This document shows positions 12,932-27,727 of a stretch of 64,000 nt of DNA, one piece after another (the stretch's first letter is position 1; each line of letters starts with the position of its first letter). The notes under the pieces are model-generated. The model was not told where the DNA came from, did no database searches, and saw only the letters and a program-made list of their open reading frames with translations. This DNA is from the human T2T-CHM13v2.0 reference genome, Homo sapiens: NCBI RefSeq assembly GCF_009914755.1, contig NC_060931.1, one strand, 5' to 3'. A program made the position numbers and the translations under genes.

Positions 12932-14863
12932 TTACCTGTGATCTAAAGAGGTATTTTCAATTGATGTTTGGCCATATCAGATTTTAGTTGCTATTAAATT
13001 TTATTCTTAATTTATCAAGTTTAATTGATTATTAAAAAATTGCACTCTAAGAATAAGCCTGTGTTTTATTTCTTGGAACTACTAGAGCCTTCGTTACAAT
13101 ACATTTTAGAGGGCTCCAAAGTTATAAAATAAATACTGGAGATTTGGTGCTTGTTAAAATTTTGACCTTTTCTATTAAAGCCCATTGGAGTGATGTACAG
13201 AGAAAAGGCTGTCTTGTGTTGTGATAGGGCCATGCTCCATCCACAGGTCCTGGGAAGGATGATGTAACTGTGGTCTAACAGCATTGTCTGAATTTTTGGC
13301 CTAGGGCAAAGAGGAGGAGGGCGGGTAAAGAAACCTGATCAGACCATTTGATGCTAATTTCACAGGTGACTGGTCACTGTGTGCCTGGCTGTTGTTATTT
13401 ATAGAGCTGTAAGTGGCTGGAGCTACACACAGGAACCTGAAAGGATGGTCTGTATTAGAGTGTGGTGGTAGATAGAAGCACAGCAGTAGAATCTAGGGAC
13501 AAATGGTCACTGGTGAGTGTCATTGCTGGAGTTAAATGAGACTCATTAGTGGCTGTTATGATTTCCACTCTTACTTCATTGCTATTCCTGAGTCTTTTTG
13601 AAAGCAAACAACAAAATAGACCGAAACAACCTCTGATAGACTCTCCGTTATTTTTAATTGAGGTTGATAGGATTTTAATCAGGTCAACTTGCATACTGAT
13701 TTCAACCACCATTTAAAGAGCTATCCACAAAGCTATAAATTAGAATTATAGTTCAAAAGGTCTGACTGTTTTAACCTACTGCTCCTATTCCCCAAATTAT
13801 TGATGGGGAAACTGAGATCTAGCAGGGTTAAAAAACCAGCCCAGTTTCACAGTTAGCAGTGATGCTGGAGCTGTGATCTGGATCTTAAATCTCTCAGTTT
13901 AGCCTTTTCTGTTTTCTACCGTATTAGTCCTACAATGAAAATGCACTTCTCTGTCTTTAAATTTCAGACGTTGTCTCCATGGCCTAGATGAAGGTTATCC
14001 TTTGTTATGATATTTTCTCAGAATTACTTTGAAAAATGGTTCCATTGTTATTTCTTAAAATGAAAGTAATATGAAAACAAATTCCTTCTATTGATAATAC
14101 ATTTGCCCACTACTGATAGTTTTAGGAATAATGAGAAAAGAGGGGGCCAATTTATGGTATTGGCCAAGAAGGAGCGCTCAGCAGCACTGGACTGCTATGT
14201 GTGGGCTGGAGGTACCAGCAGATAACACTCGGAGGCAGTGGGTCCTGTGAATCACAGCTTGGCCTCGGCATAAGCTCTGGAGACCAGCTCTCCTAAGGAG
14301 AACTGCCTTCTTTGGCCCTGCCCTCAGCAGCCTGTTGGCAGAGGACTAGAATAATTGTTTGTTTAAAAGTTTTACTAGCTAATTATACTGCACCGAATTG
14401 ACAGGCATCTCTATTAGAGTCTTTCCAGTCTCTTGAAGGCTCTTCTCCACATTACTTGTAATCTTGCCTCAGTGTAGACTGCAGTGGCTGATTTTTGTTT
14501 GTTTGTTCTTCTCTCCTTTCCCTTCCCACTTGTTGCAAAGGCCACACACCAAGTCTGGAGAGAGAGCTGCCTGTGGGCTGGGAATTGGCTGCCTTCATCT
14601 GGTCAGCCATATGTGGCTACTGGAAAAAGTGCCTTTGGGTCATTCATTCTCAGGTCACCAGGCCCTAGAGTAAAGCCCTAAACATGGGCTCTCTAGCAGA
14701 AAGACTTATTAATTCCCCTTCTCTTAAGTGGAGGCAAGGAGGTGTTTCTGAACCTTCAGAATAACCCGAGGGAACTTGAAAGTACAGATTCCTGGATGCT
14801 ATCTCCTGGATGTGGGTTCAGGTTCAGTAGGTCTGAAATGGGACCAGGTTTTAGAATCTTCTT

Positions 14864-15165
14864 CGCGGCCCGGCTCACACCTGTAATTGCAGCAGTTTGG
14901 GAGGCTGAGGTGGGCAGATAGCTTGAGTTCAGGAGTTTGATACCAGCCTGGGCAGCATAGTGAGACCTTGTCTCTACTAAAAAGAGAGATCAGCTGGGCG
15001 TGGTGGTGTGTGCCTGTTGTCCCAGCTACTTGGGAGGCTGAGGTGGCAGGATCACTTGAGCCTGGGAGATCGAGGCTGGAGTGAGCTGTGATGGTATTAC
15101 TGCAGGTGGGGTGACAGAGTGAGACCCCATCTCTCTCTCTTGTTTTTTTTTTTTTGTTTCTTTTT
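14864..15165 (+). mobile_element. AluJ with atypical head and pyrimidine-rich tail, next to a MER5 fragment
   Basis: Sense Alu body ggctcacacctgtaat...gacagagtgagacc followed by (CT)n and T-runs. Confidence 0.88.
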
Positions 15166-17619
15166 AAAAGAACCTTCATTACATTAATTGACTTCCAAGG
15201 TCTCATCCAGTCATGATGGTTTTTGCATGGTCCCTACCAGTAGAAGATGGATTTCAGACCACAGGGAATTTATTTGTAGCTACAGTCAATTTTCAAATTA
15301 TTTGCCTTACAAATGTTTTCAATCCCAGAGACCTTTTTCCCAGCTGGTTCCTGGGTTATATTGCCAAAGTCCCTGGTTGGTATGCACTCGAGAACTGAAA
15401 GATAATTTTCTTCTTGATTTTAAGAAAAGATAATTAAGGAGGGAAATCTACCATTAAAAAAAAAATCAGACATTACAACCAAGTATAACTTTTAGAGCAG
15501 ATCCTCTATTGGGAAGGAGCAATATGTTATGTTACCTTGTATTTGAGCAGTTAATTAGGGTCAGATGTAGTTAGTTCTCATGCTTTGGCCTTGCAAAAGT
15601 AATCCCCTTTTTGGAAAGGCTTTGTTGAGTCCCTAGGAATTATTTTAATGGTCTCTAAGTATGTTTAACTCAGTCATAATATTCTAGTTGTTTGGATTTG
15701 TTGTGTATTGACATTGACTTAGATATTCTCCCCTGCTCTGGGCTTTACCTCTTACTCGTACCCAAATCCATGGTCCACATGCTGTGGTGTCCCCTGGGCA
15801 TGCCCAGCCTTGCCATGTGTGCAAGGTAATCCCTTTGACCCTCTCAAGAGGGTGCTGCTCATCTTTTTTTTTTTTTTTTTTTTTTTGGCTTCACTTATCC
15901 CACTTGACATTGCCAAACGTGCTTTGACTTGAAGCACCGCTGCTCCTGTGGCTGTCTCCTTTGCTTCTCCTCTTCGGCTCATTGAGAATCTGTTTGAGAT
16001 ACTTGTCATCCTTTGGAGATTAGAACTCACTTTAGAGGGAGGAATGATTTTACACTGGGACTGTTAGGATCAGTTTAGGAGGAAACAGGCCCACGATGAT
16101 TTTAGGAGGGGTTTCTACTGTGGTCCTTGTAACCACATAGTTTGTACTGAGCTGGACACTGGCCATTTGAGTAGATGCTTGTTCTCCAGTTATAGAATGG
16201 TTCCCAGCTGGCAGATTTCCCACTGGGATTCAGTTTCCTTGGCCGCTGCTGTTTGTTGTGCTCACACTGATTTTTGCGGCATCTTTCCAGGCCCTTGAGT
16301 CTTTTCCAAGCAGAAGAAATAGCAGAATGCCTTGCCCTCCCCTTCTCTTCTCCTTTTGGGTATTCCATGGCTATTAGGGAAGGACTTCCTGTGAAATAAA
16401 ATGAGGGCAAAGGAAAGTAGCATGCCTGTGGCATAAAAATGCTGTTAGCAAGCTTGAGGCATATCAGAGAGATTGGTCCTAAGAGTAACATTTACTGCCT
16501 TTCTGCTTTTGAACTTTTCTTTCCCCCTTCCTTTGCCTGTTTCTGAGGTCTGGGATTTATCCAGAATTTAAGAACGGACTGTTTTTGATCATTTGAATAG
16601 GTATCATCATTCAGCAGGGAATACATGTGCAGACTGAGATGTCTCTTAAAGCCAATTTATAGTATAAGTCATTTGAAATGATTTCTTGAGTCAGTAATGC
16701 ATTTCTGCTTCAAATTCTCTGCCTGGATTTGTGCATTCATCTCCCATTTTACCAGGTGATTTGCTTTATTATGCTGCTATGACAGCCCCCCTCCCCAACC
16801 TTCAACTGCTATCCCCAGATACGTGGGCATGCTTTTCAGGGTGAGTAGCCATTAAACTACCCAAAATGACACCGAACGTTGTCTACACAGGCTTGGAAAC
16901 ATGGAGGGCCTGGATTCCAGTAAAATTCTCCAGGCTGCTTCGTCAGGCTATTGCAGAAAAGATTACAGGGTCCTTTAAGATTAGTTTTGGAGAGATCTAG
17001 GCAGATGGATGGGTGAAGTCCCAATGGGAAGTCAGTACCCAGTTGCCACTTGGAATAATCTAAAATCCTGGCATGATCTTTCCTCTCATAACTTGAAGTA
17101 CTCAGCTAGAGGAGAGCCTCTCCTTCGCAAGACCCAGCTATCTCTTTGAGAAGAAAAGGGGGTTTGGATGGAGTCCAACCTTCTGGTTTGTTTTGCCCGT
17201 CTGCCATTTGCCTTTTCCTTGTTGGTGTTTGCTGCTGTTTGTTCTTTGGAGTCTGAGGGGCTTCTGACCTTGGCTGAAGGGCTTCTAACCCTGGACAGGT
17301 CCCGAAGGAGTGGCATCAGATAGTTGTGTTTTAATTTCACAAATCTGTTATTTCTTTAAGAGGAAATGAGCAACTGGTAGACCCAGAACAGTACCAAGGG
17401 GAGCTGGGGAGTTGTTATTTGTAAGTGTAGAGAAAGAAAGGAACAGTTACAGGGAGGTTTGGTGCATGATACACAGCTGATGCCTTCAGAGAATAGGAGG
17501 TTTTCTTTCTGTGCTTTTTCTCATAACATTGGAGGAAGAAGAAAGAGGAGGCATGTGGCTTGTTGGTGGTTGAACTCCAGTGCAGAAGTTAACATTCCAC
17601 TCATTTAGCTCACTAATTT

Positions 17620-17875
17620 ATTAATTAATTTCACAAATACCTATTGTGCTACTATGTGCCAGGCACCCTTCTAGGTACTGGGTTTACAGTGGTAAACAAA
17701 AAAAGGTCCTTGCTGTCGTGAACCTTATACTCTAGCCAAGGGGGTGGTGGTGATGAGGACATATTTATAATGGTGGTGGTGATAGTGATAAATACTATGA
17801 AAGGAAAAAAAAACAAGAAAGGGAAGAGAATGGGATAGGGAGCTATTTTAGTAAGTGTGTTCATGGAAGGCCTTA
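17620..17875 (-). mobile_element. L2 3'-end fragment
   Basis: caaatacctattgtgctactatgtgccaggcacccttctaggtactggg... Confidence 0.75.
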
Positions 17876-18597
17876 TAAATGACTATACAATACATAAATA
17901 ATCATTAAAATGAGATTTTATTACCTAAAATATTTTGAACACTTCAGTTGTTCAAATTATTATGGAATGCTAGCATGCATAGGGACTGAAAATATTTTTT
18001 TCTCTGAAGTTTTGAGGGTTTTCCAAGGATTTAGCTTCTCTTTGTTTCTCTGGATATTCAGACTCACATAGCTAGATTAGAGTTCACCATCACAGTTGCT
18101 TTCAGCATTGATTGAGACAGTCTTATGTTGTAAGGGTCTGCTTTTTACAAAATTGCTATAAAATTGTTCTGTGTGATTGAGAGGCTCCCTCTCACTCAAA
18201 GTAGATGTTTGGCTGTTTTTGTTGTTCTGTTTTAAACAGTAATGAGTACCTTTTGGTAATTAAAGTCCCCTTCACAAAACTGTAGTGAGTGATGAATAAG
18301 ACATAAACAAAGAATCCCTTCTGCGGAGCAGAGTGCCAATGGCCATAGACATAACTCAGGGGCTGTTTGACCACATAACTCAGTGCAGTGGCTTTTCACC
18401 ATTGGAAGGGTGGAATGGTCTGGTATGGTTTTCTGGATTGCTCTGATAAACAGGAGTTATATTTGCTGTCAGTTTCTATGAAAGGACAGCATTATATGAG
18501 CCATGGTTTGTCAGGGGCCTACTGTGTGCTGGGCTCTTTGCTATAGGATCAAATGCTAACTACATCTATTCCACAAGACACCCTATCACAGTGATTG

Positions 18598-19527
<930 letters not shown>

Positions 19528-20324
19528 TGTCACAATGATTTTTTAAACTGCATATCTTAATCCATTAGTGGGTGACAGTCAGAATTTTATTTTATTCAGT
19601 TTAAAAAATAGAATCAAATAGATGACATCAGAGTATACTACACTTAGTGTGTGTATTGTTTCAAAAAAACTTGTTTTAAGTGTATGTGCATGCAGGCAGA
19701 CATCAGAAATTTTTATGTGTCATGCTCTAAAAAGTTTGAAAACAAGCCTATCAGTTGAGGTTTGGTATCATTTATAGGCAAGTAAACTGAAACTCTGAGG
19801 TTAAGGACGTTGCCTACTATCAGAACTAAAATTTGAACTCAGCTCTTTCTGGCTTTCAGCATTTGATCCAATTATGTTTCTCACAGAGCTTTCCCTCTCT
19901 AATGGTTTTCCAAGACTCTTGAGATCACAGAGACACTGATTTGCTCCTGACGTTGTTCTAAAATCAGAGGAGGAACATGCACTCTGATGACCAGACCCAA
20001 GTTTGACTGGTTTCTCAAAACATCTTTACATAACATAGTCTATTTCAGGAGAAGGGAAAAGAAAGATGACTCTAGAACTTGTCTTTATTAAGAAACAAGG
20101 AAAATCTAGACACTCTTTTTCTGTCATAGAAAGATAGCCTAGTTTTACCAGAGAGGAGAAATTCTAAACAGAAGTAGTATCAGGATCTTTCTCTCTAAAG
20201 CACTTAAAGTCTTTTGTTGGCGAGACGAGTAGAGCAAGAGGAATCTGCCACCTTGTGTAAAACATTTTGGTTTTACTAGTCAGGCATATTTTTGAATAAC
20301 CTTCACTAGCATTTATTATAGTAG

Positions 20325-20652
<328 letters not shown>

Positions 20653-21992
20653 TGTTACAACATTTTGGCACCAGTTTTACCTACTTCCCCAGCCTCCTAG
20701 GAATGAAGTGGAACTTTTATTAAGGACAGATTTTTCAGAGGGGCATTATTCTCACTGGCATTCCTTCCCTCTTGCCTGGAATCACCCTTGAATGAATTCC
20801 TGATTGGTTCAGCTAGACTTTTTCTTTTACAGAAGAAATTGCTCTTGGTGAAGATGCCAGAAAAATATCGTAAAAACCTGCTCTCTTATCCTCTTCTCTG
20901 TACTACTTTGTTACCCCACCCCACCCCACCTCAAGCCCCCAGTAAAAAATGACCTTTTGGCCCAGGGCCCTATCTGAGTATATTGTGTGGCAGAGTTGTC
21001 TCTGGCTGACTCCCAGGATTGTTAATGACTTCCTTCTCTGTCCCTAAATAATTGCTTGAAAAGACAGCTGTGGAGAGACATTGCCCCCAGCTTGCAGGCT
21101 CATTAATTCAGCCCTATGAAAGAGGGTGCAAAGGAAGAAGGTGGAAGTTACTTTGCCAAGAGTAGCAGGCTTGGGGGAAACTAAAATAGAGGCTTCAGGG
21201 GAAGGGCAGCAGCATGGTGTCAGAGATTACACTTGGAGTTTGTGAAGTCTGGGCAGGCTTCAATCTAAAGAAACTTTATGCACAAAAGCCCAAATCCAGG
21301 GAAATAAATGAAAGTGATTATTCACTTTTCTAAAGTCCTTACAGTAGCGTTCCTCTGGTATTGTTTGAATACAGTTTAACCTGAAGGGCACTTGGTTTTT
21401 GTGCAGCTCTTCAAGAACAGAAGCATCTAAGTAAGTAGAAAGTCTGAGAAATTAACAGAGAAGATTCCCTAAAAGTCAGCCTTCATTACTTGACCATTAT
21501 TCATAATTCTGCATTTGTCTATTCCTCCAGTGGCCTTGAAGCAAAATTAAAAAAAAAAAAAGACACTTCTATGCCCCTTAAAAAAAGAATAATCAAAACT
21601 TGCATAGACAGAATAAGAATCAAATACACTGGGGAACAAATACTCTGATTAGCTGTCCGGTTCAGCTCTGACGCGTCTAGCACTCTGAGTTATAAGGGAA
21701 ACGATAGGACACTTGGTTTTTGTTTTCCAACAACAGGAAACATATCAGGTTTCTAAGAAGATGTAAAGTCTTTCTTAAAACCCAATTATAGAAGGAATTT
21801 ATGCAAGTCTTTAGGCAAGGAGTATTAAAGAAATTAATGTTTAATGCCATCAACAAGTTTTCAAGCAGATGCAGAACTCCTAGTGTGGGTGACTTTTTGG
21901 TGTTTACCTTATATCAAGAATGCAGCATTTAAGGCCACTTTGACAGAGTGCAGCTAAGCTTTTTGGGTTTGCTTGTGTGGACAATTTCCATT

Positions 21993-22162
21993 CAGCAATG
22001 GCTCTCAAACTTCAATGCACATCAGAATTACGTGGGGGCACTTAAAAAAAATGTATGCCCAGGCTGCATCCAGACCAATTCAGTCAGAATCTCTGATGGT
22101 GAGCCCCAAGTATCAATATTTTGTAAAACTGATTCCAAAGGTTAGCTAAGTGTGAATCAGTG
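21993..22162. mobile_element. MER5-family fossil
   Basis: caatggctctcaaacttcaatgcacatcagaattac...cagtcagaatctctg. Confidence 0.65.
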
Positions 22163-22776
22163 CGTTAGATGATCTTTAACGTTAATTATCTTAGCTGGAT
22201 TTCTCAAAGGGGTAGTCCTAGAATGCTGATATTCCCTGTTATTAATTTAAGTAAGTCCCTGTTGTTTCTGTTAACATTCTCTTAGAACTCTGAGACTTGT
22301 ATTTCTGCTGGGACCCAGGGCTACTGCACCTTTCTTGGCCTATAGGAGTGTTGTCAGAACCAAAGTACTTGTTAAGCAGCAGCTTAGGATCAACATTAGC
22401 AGACCTCATTGTGGCTGTTGGAGAATATAGAACATCAGATGAAGTAGGGGCTTGACGTTTCCACAGCCCTAAATCACATATTTCAGAGTACGTTAAGATT
22501 CCTTTTGGAACTCAGATCTTTTTCTGGCCATGGATAGACTGTTGTCTTGGGGGGATGCCAGTTGTCTCTCCAGTGAGAAAAGGAGATGTTTATGTATTCT
22601 CTAGTTCCCTTCTGGAAGTTAAAAATACCTGTCATTGTTAGATTTGGTTTCTGAACTCTCTGCCCCTAACAAAGCTGAAATGATGACAGTGAGTGAAGTA
22701 TTTGCTTAAATAAATATCTTTTTTTTCAACTTTGAAGAACTAAATATATCTCAACGTGTTGAAACATCAGAGAATT

Positions 22777-23088
<312 letters not shown>

Positions 23089-23309
23089 TCATTGATTTTA
23101 TGTAATCTAGATTTTATCCCATTCCAAATTGTGCTTCTGTGAATACACATTATGGAGGATAACGGAAAGGGTGTTTAGGGAAGGGGATGACAATGGGAGG
23201 AGAGGGAGAAAAGGGTGGTGGGAGAGGTAATATAAATGATAATTACCATGACTTGAATCTTGGTAAAATCGTATAATAGGAACCATGTGGTACTGGTGTT
23301 CTGATTAAA

Positions 23310-23480
23310 AACCACTTCCTGGCTTTGTGACCTTGAGTAAGCTATAACTCTATTTTTCAGTTTTCTCACCTGAAAAATTATAATGATACCTGCCTGTTAG
23401 GATTGTTTTGAAGATTGAGATTGTTCGTAAAATACTTAGAAAAGTGCCTTGGCACATAGCAAGTACTATTTAAGTGTTTA
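23310..23480 (+). mobile_element. MIR
   Basis: ctttgtgaccttgagtaag...cagttttctcacctgaaaa...cttggcacatagcaagtact. Confidence 0.75.
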
Positions 23481-24620
23481 TCAGAGCATAGTCTCAACTT
23501 GTCCCATTAAGAATATTATAAAACTGTAAGGTCCAGATGATGCTTTATTCTGTAAAGGCCATTAATGGAGATGCTTGAACATCTCTAAATTACCTTTCCC
23601 TTTGCTTGCTCAGGAAGTTTGCTAATCTAAATTCTTCATGCTGTGCTGCTGAGTGTCATGTGTGATTGCTTGTGCAAGGAGACCCAACTGGGTTCTATCC
23701 GCACTTAACTGAAACTCAAGTTATTCCCTCTCTAGCCTTAATTCCTGTCTTCTAACTCTCCAATCGATTTCTTGGCTCCACTAATTGAAACCTACCCCAG
23801 TTTTCTCATGCTGTTGAGCAGGGATCTTCTTGAGACTGATTATGATGGGAGAATGACCTCATAGTTTCTGATGCCATCTTCCAATTTATGTAACTCAGCC
23901 CCAAGCATGCTTTTTAAAAATAATGGCCCTAAATTGCTGACATCTTGTCATCTGCTCAGACTCCTAAATCTTTTTGTGTTCCCTCGACTGAATGGGATTC
24001 ACTGGAGCAAGATGCCTTTGTGCAGTCTGCATTTAGTGCACTTGGCGAGTGACCTCCAATAGAGCTGTGTGTTCCCTTCGAGCAACATGGGTAATGATTA
24101 CAGCGACAATGCTGCTATTGTGTCCAGAGGTTTGGGGCTGTAATTTCATAATGAAATTGAAAAACATGAGATTAAAAACCTGAATATAGCACAGTAATTA
24201 TATTTAAGTATCACAAATCATCTCCCTGTATTTAGTTAGGTGTTTGAGATTTGGCCTCTTTGTGGAGTGCAGTCACGTCGTTTCATACATCTGCAAAATG
24301 GAAGGCTTCTAATTTATGGCTAAAATGTGGGAATTGCTTTCTCTTAATGGGAAGGTGAGGAGAATGGTATTGAATTTGAAGGAGCTGGTTTGCTTCATTG
24401 ACTAGAGTCAAGAAGGGAGGTTGTACAATAGCTGCTTAAGGTAAAGAAATGTTTGGGTCTTTTCATGGTTTAATTCCCAGATACTTACACATGACTATAG
24501 TCTCTCCCTTTAGAAATTAACTGACATAGGCTGGCCTGGGAAATTCTACAGTCCTGCAGCAAATGGTGCAGTTGCAGAAGTGTGAATCTTTACCTAAGGC
24601 AGGGTTTCTGGTATAGATAA

Positions 24621-24654
24621 AGACTTAACTGGGGTTTGTTTCCCACAGGTAAGT
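24621..24654 (+). other. Juxtaposed 3'/5' splice-site motif (candidate recursive splice site or cryptic donor)
   Basis: cttaac branchpoint-like motif (A at 24628), tttgtttccc tract, CAG|GTAAGT with the junction at 24648/24649. Confidence 0.35.
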
Positions 24655-25011
24655 TATGGATGAGCTGTGCCTGGCCCATTTCCATTTACTGTCTGAGAAT
24701 CTGCATGTGGCCTGCAGGCTCTGTAGTTGGGCTGAGTCCTCCTGGAGTAGGAGGCTGGGGAAGGTGTTGGTGGTGGCTGTCGATAGGCATTCCTGCAGGA
24801 TGGTGGGTGGAGAGTTAGGGTGAGGGGTGTTCTTTAATAAAGGAATAGAAATTAGAGTGGAAAGTGGTTTAAAGCTAGTGATACCTCCTTCTCCTTGATT
24901 TCTAGGAACTATCAAGTATGAAATGAACATAGAAGGAAGTTATGAAAGGAATCATTATTATTGTCAGTGATTCTTGATTATCTACTATAGGCAAACACGT
25001 TAAGTTGTTGT

Positions 25012-25317
25012 TTTTTTTTTTGTTTTTTTTTTTTTTAAGACGGAGTCTCGCTCTGTCGCCCAGGCTGGAGCGCAGTGGCGCAATCTCTGCTCACTGCAAG
25101 CTCCGCCTCCCGGGTTCATGCCATTCTCCTGCCTCAGCCTCCTGAGTAGCTGGGACTACAGGCGCCCACCATCACGCCCAACTAATTTTTTGTATTTTTA
25201 GTAGAGACGGGGTTTCACCATGTTAGCCAGGATGGTCTCGATCTCCTGACCTCGTGATCCACCCGCCTCAGCTTCCCAAAGTGCTGGGATTACAGGTGTG
25301 AGCCACCATGCCTGGCC
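25012..25317 (-). mobile_element. AluY
   Basis: Y-diagnostic gcaagctccgcctcccgggttcatgccattc and ttagccaggatggtctcgatctcctgacctcgtg; CpG-rich. Confidence 0.96.
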
Positions 25318-25504
25318 AACACTTTCAGTTTTGGTTACCATCTTTAAACTTCACAGTAGACATTGATACAGAGGTATACTTTCTCTGTGCACATATACTG
25401 CCTCTCACCCCAAATAATTTTTGATACAGCAGTGCAGAGTGTCCCTTTTTTTCCAAAGCTTTCCTCCCAGATTCTTAGTGAATCTACGAGACTGAGTATC
25501 TGAA

Positions 25505-25540
25505 TTGCCTAAGGCCTTTTATCACAAAGGCCTTAGGCAA
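25505..25540. repeat. Perfect 15-bp inverted repeat with a 6-nt loop
   Basis: ttgcctaaggccttt-tatcac-aaaggccttaggcaa. Confidence 0.95.
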
Positions 25541-26391
25541 ATGTATGCAAGTGTACATACATTACCAGGCTTCATCAACATGCCCTACTCAGAGACATTT
25601 CGGTTCATTAGGTAGGGGTGGGAGAGGTTGTGGCCTAGGAATCTGCATTTCAACAAGCACCAGGAATTTTTATATACAATAAATTCTGAGAATCATTGCC
25701 TTAGGACCTTCTTTCTCAGGGGCCGGGCTATTCCAGTGGGTGTGTTATGTTGAGATTTGCTTTGTGGAGATGTGAACTTGCTGTTCAGTCCCTTTTCCTA
25801 GCCCCTGGCTTCAGTATATCTTTCACAAAAATACCTACTTTTATTCTGTTTCCACTGGATACAAGGAGGGCTGGGCTTTTTGCTGCTTTACCCACTATTA
25901 CAGATAGCAGGTTGGGAGACAGTTTGAGTCCTGTGTTTGCACTCCAGGCCTACTAGGGAAGAGGTGGCCTGCCTCCAGCAGTAAACTGGTAACTATCTAA
26001 GACCTATGGTGCTCTCTGTTTCCACTGGAAACTCATTGAAAATGCTACCACTATTCATGTTTTTGACCTCTCAGAGCAAAGTATATAAAAGCAGCAGTTC
26101 AAGTAAATTCGTCAAACATTTATTGAGTGGTGGCTGAGGCTAAAGTATTATTTTAAGGGGCCTGGGACAGATAAGTAAAACACAGTTTCCATTCTCCATC
26201 TATCCTGTCTTTCTTTCTAATGATGTAGACAGTCCTGACACAGAACTATGGCAGACTTAGTGTAACCTGTGACATGATCGTGTCTTTGAACAAGTGAAAT
26301 TAAAGTGCTATAGGAATGTCTGGGTGGGAACAGTTAGTTTAGGTTAGGCAAAAGGCTTCTTAGGGGAAGTGGCTTTGGGCAGGGTGTAGGG

Positions 26392-26617
26392 CAGAGGCTC
26401 TCACCTTGGCTGTGCTTTACAATCACCTGAGAGAATTTTGAAAAACCCCAATATTTAGACCAAACCCTATAACAATCAGATCAGAACTTCTGGAATTTGG
26501 ACAGAGACAGCATTTTTTAAATGTTTAAACATTTAAAAACATTAAATTTTTTAAATGTTTAAACATTTTTAAAGCTTCCTACATGATTTTAATGTGCAGC
26601 CAAGACTGAGAGCCACT
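26392..26617. mobile_element. MER5B-like fossil containing an AT palindrome insertion
   Basis: cagaggctctcaccttggctg...taatgtgcagccaagactgagagccactg. Confidence 0.75.
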
Positions 26618-27727
26618 GACAAAGAAGGATAAATAGGCTGTCATTCAGATGGGGGATAGTCAGAGAAGGAAAGGTATTCCAAGCTTGAGAGAATAACATA
26701 AGCAAAGCTGCAGAGGCAGCAGAGTGATGGCTTAAGTTGGAGAATGCCACTCAAAGCGGGGGTGATTGGAGCATGGGGCTCCTGGCATGAGCGTGGAGGG
26801 AAAATTATGCTGATTAGGTAGGATTGGATTAAAATACTGCATCAAGGAATTGGGAGACATGATTTTGCACTGCCTTTGGAACCCCTTTTCACCTCATATT
26901 AGGATGGAGAATTGAGGTTCGGAGAACTTCTTGCTTGCCCAAAGTACTAGTAAGCCAGCAGGCATGCTTGGTTCCCTTTGCAAGGCTCTTTGCCATAGAC
27001 CTGCTGTCTCAAGCTGTGCAGTACTTAAGACTTCTCTTTTGGCATCTGTCCTATAGCACTTTTCTTTCATCAGAGCACCCTAAAGGTAATTTAGGGTCAG
27101 AATGGTAGGAAGGTATTGGTGTTAGGCAAGAATATGGCACGATTTCTTATCTTTTTGCTGGGCCCCTGTGGGAATGATATGGGAGAATTGCTGGGAATAC
27201 TGGGGGCAGATGTTTGCAAGTAAAAGTGTATATGTTTCTGTGTTCTTGCAGCTGCATTCGTTTTGTGCCTGATTCCACTAAGGACTGTACTTTATCTGCT
27301 TATTGCTGTTTCTAGGAAGTTAATTTGCAGGTGCTATAAGTATGCATGCTTCATATACTTCATTTATTCTTTCTTCCTTGAAGCCTCTCCTCTTTATTAG
27401 GCACTATTCATTTGTCTACTTGGTACCTGTATTTTTTTAATGTCACTATTTTGACAGTACCAATAAAGGTAAAGCCACTCAATTACGCAGGGCTCTCTCT
27501 TTATGCTTTGGGTAGGTGCACCTGTGCAACTGAGGGGACGGTCAGTGTTATCAAGGTTACCTGTTATTACAAGTAGAAGAACCCACAGAGATCAGGAGAG
27601 AGCTCATTTTCCTCCATTAGTAGGAGGTAGGACTATACATTCACAAACACGAACCTTAAAATAGCTCACAAAATAGTGTCATACATGTACCCAGCCATCT
27701 TTCCACTCATTCCTTCTCAAAAGGAAT

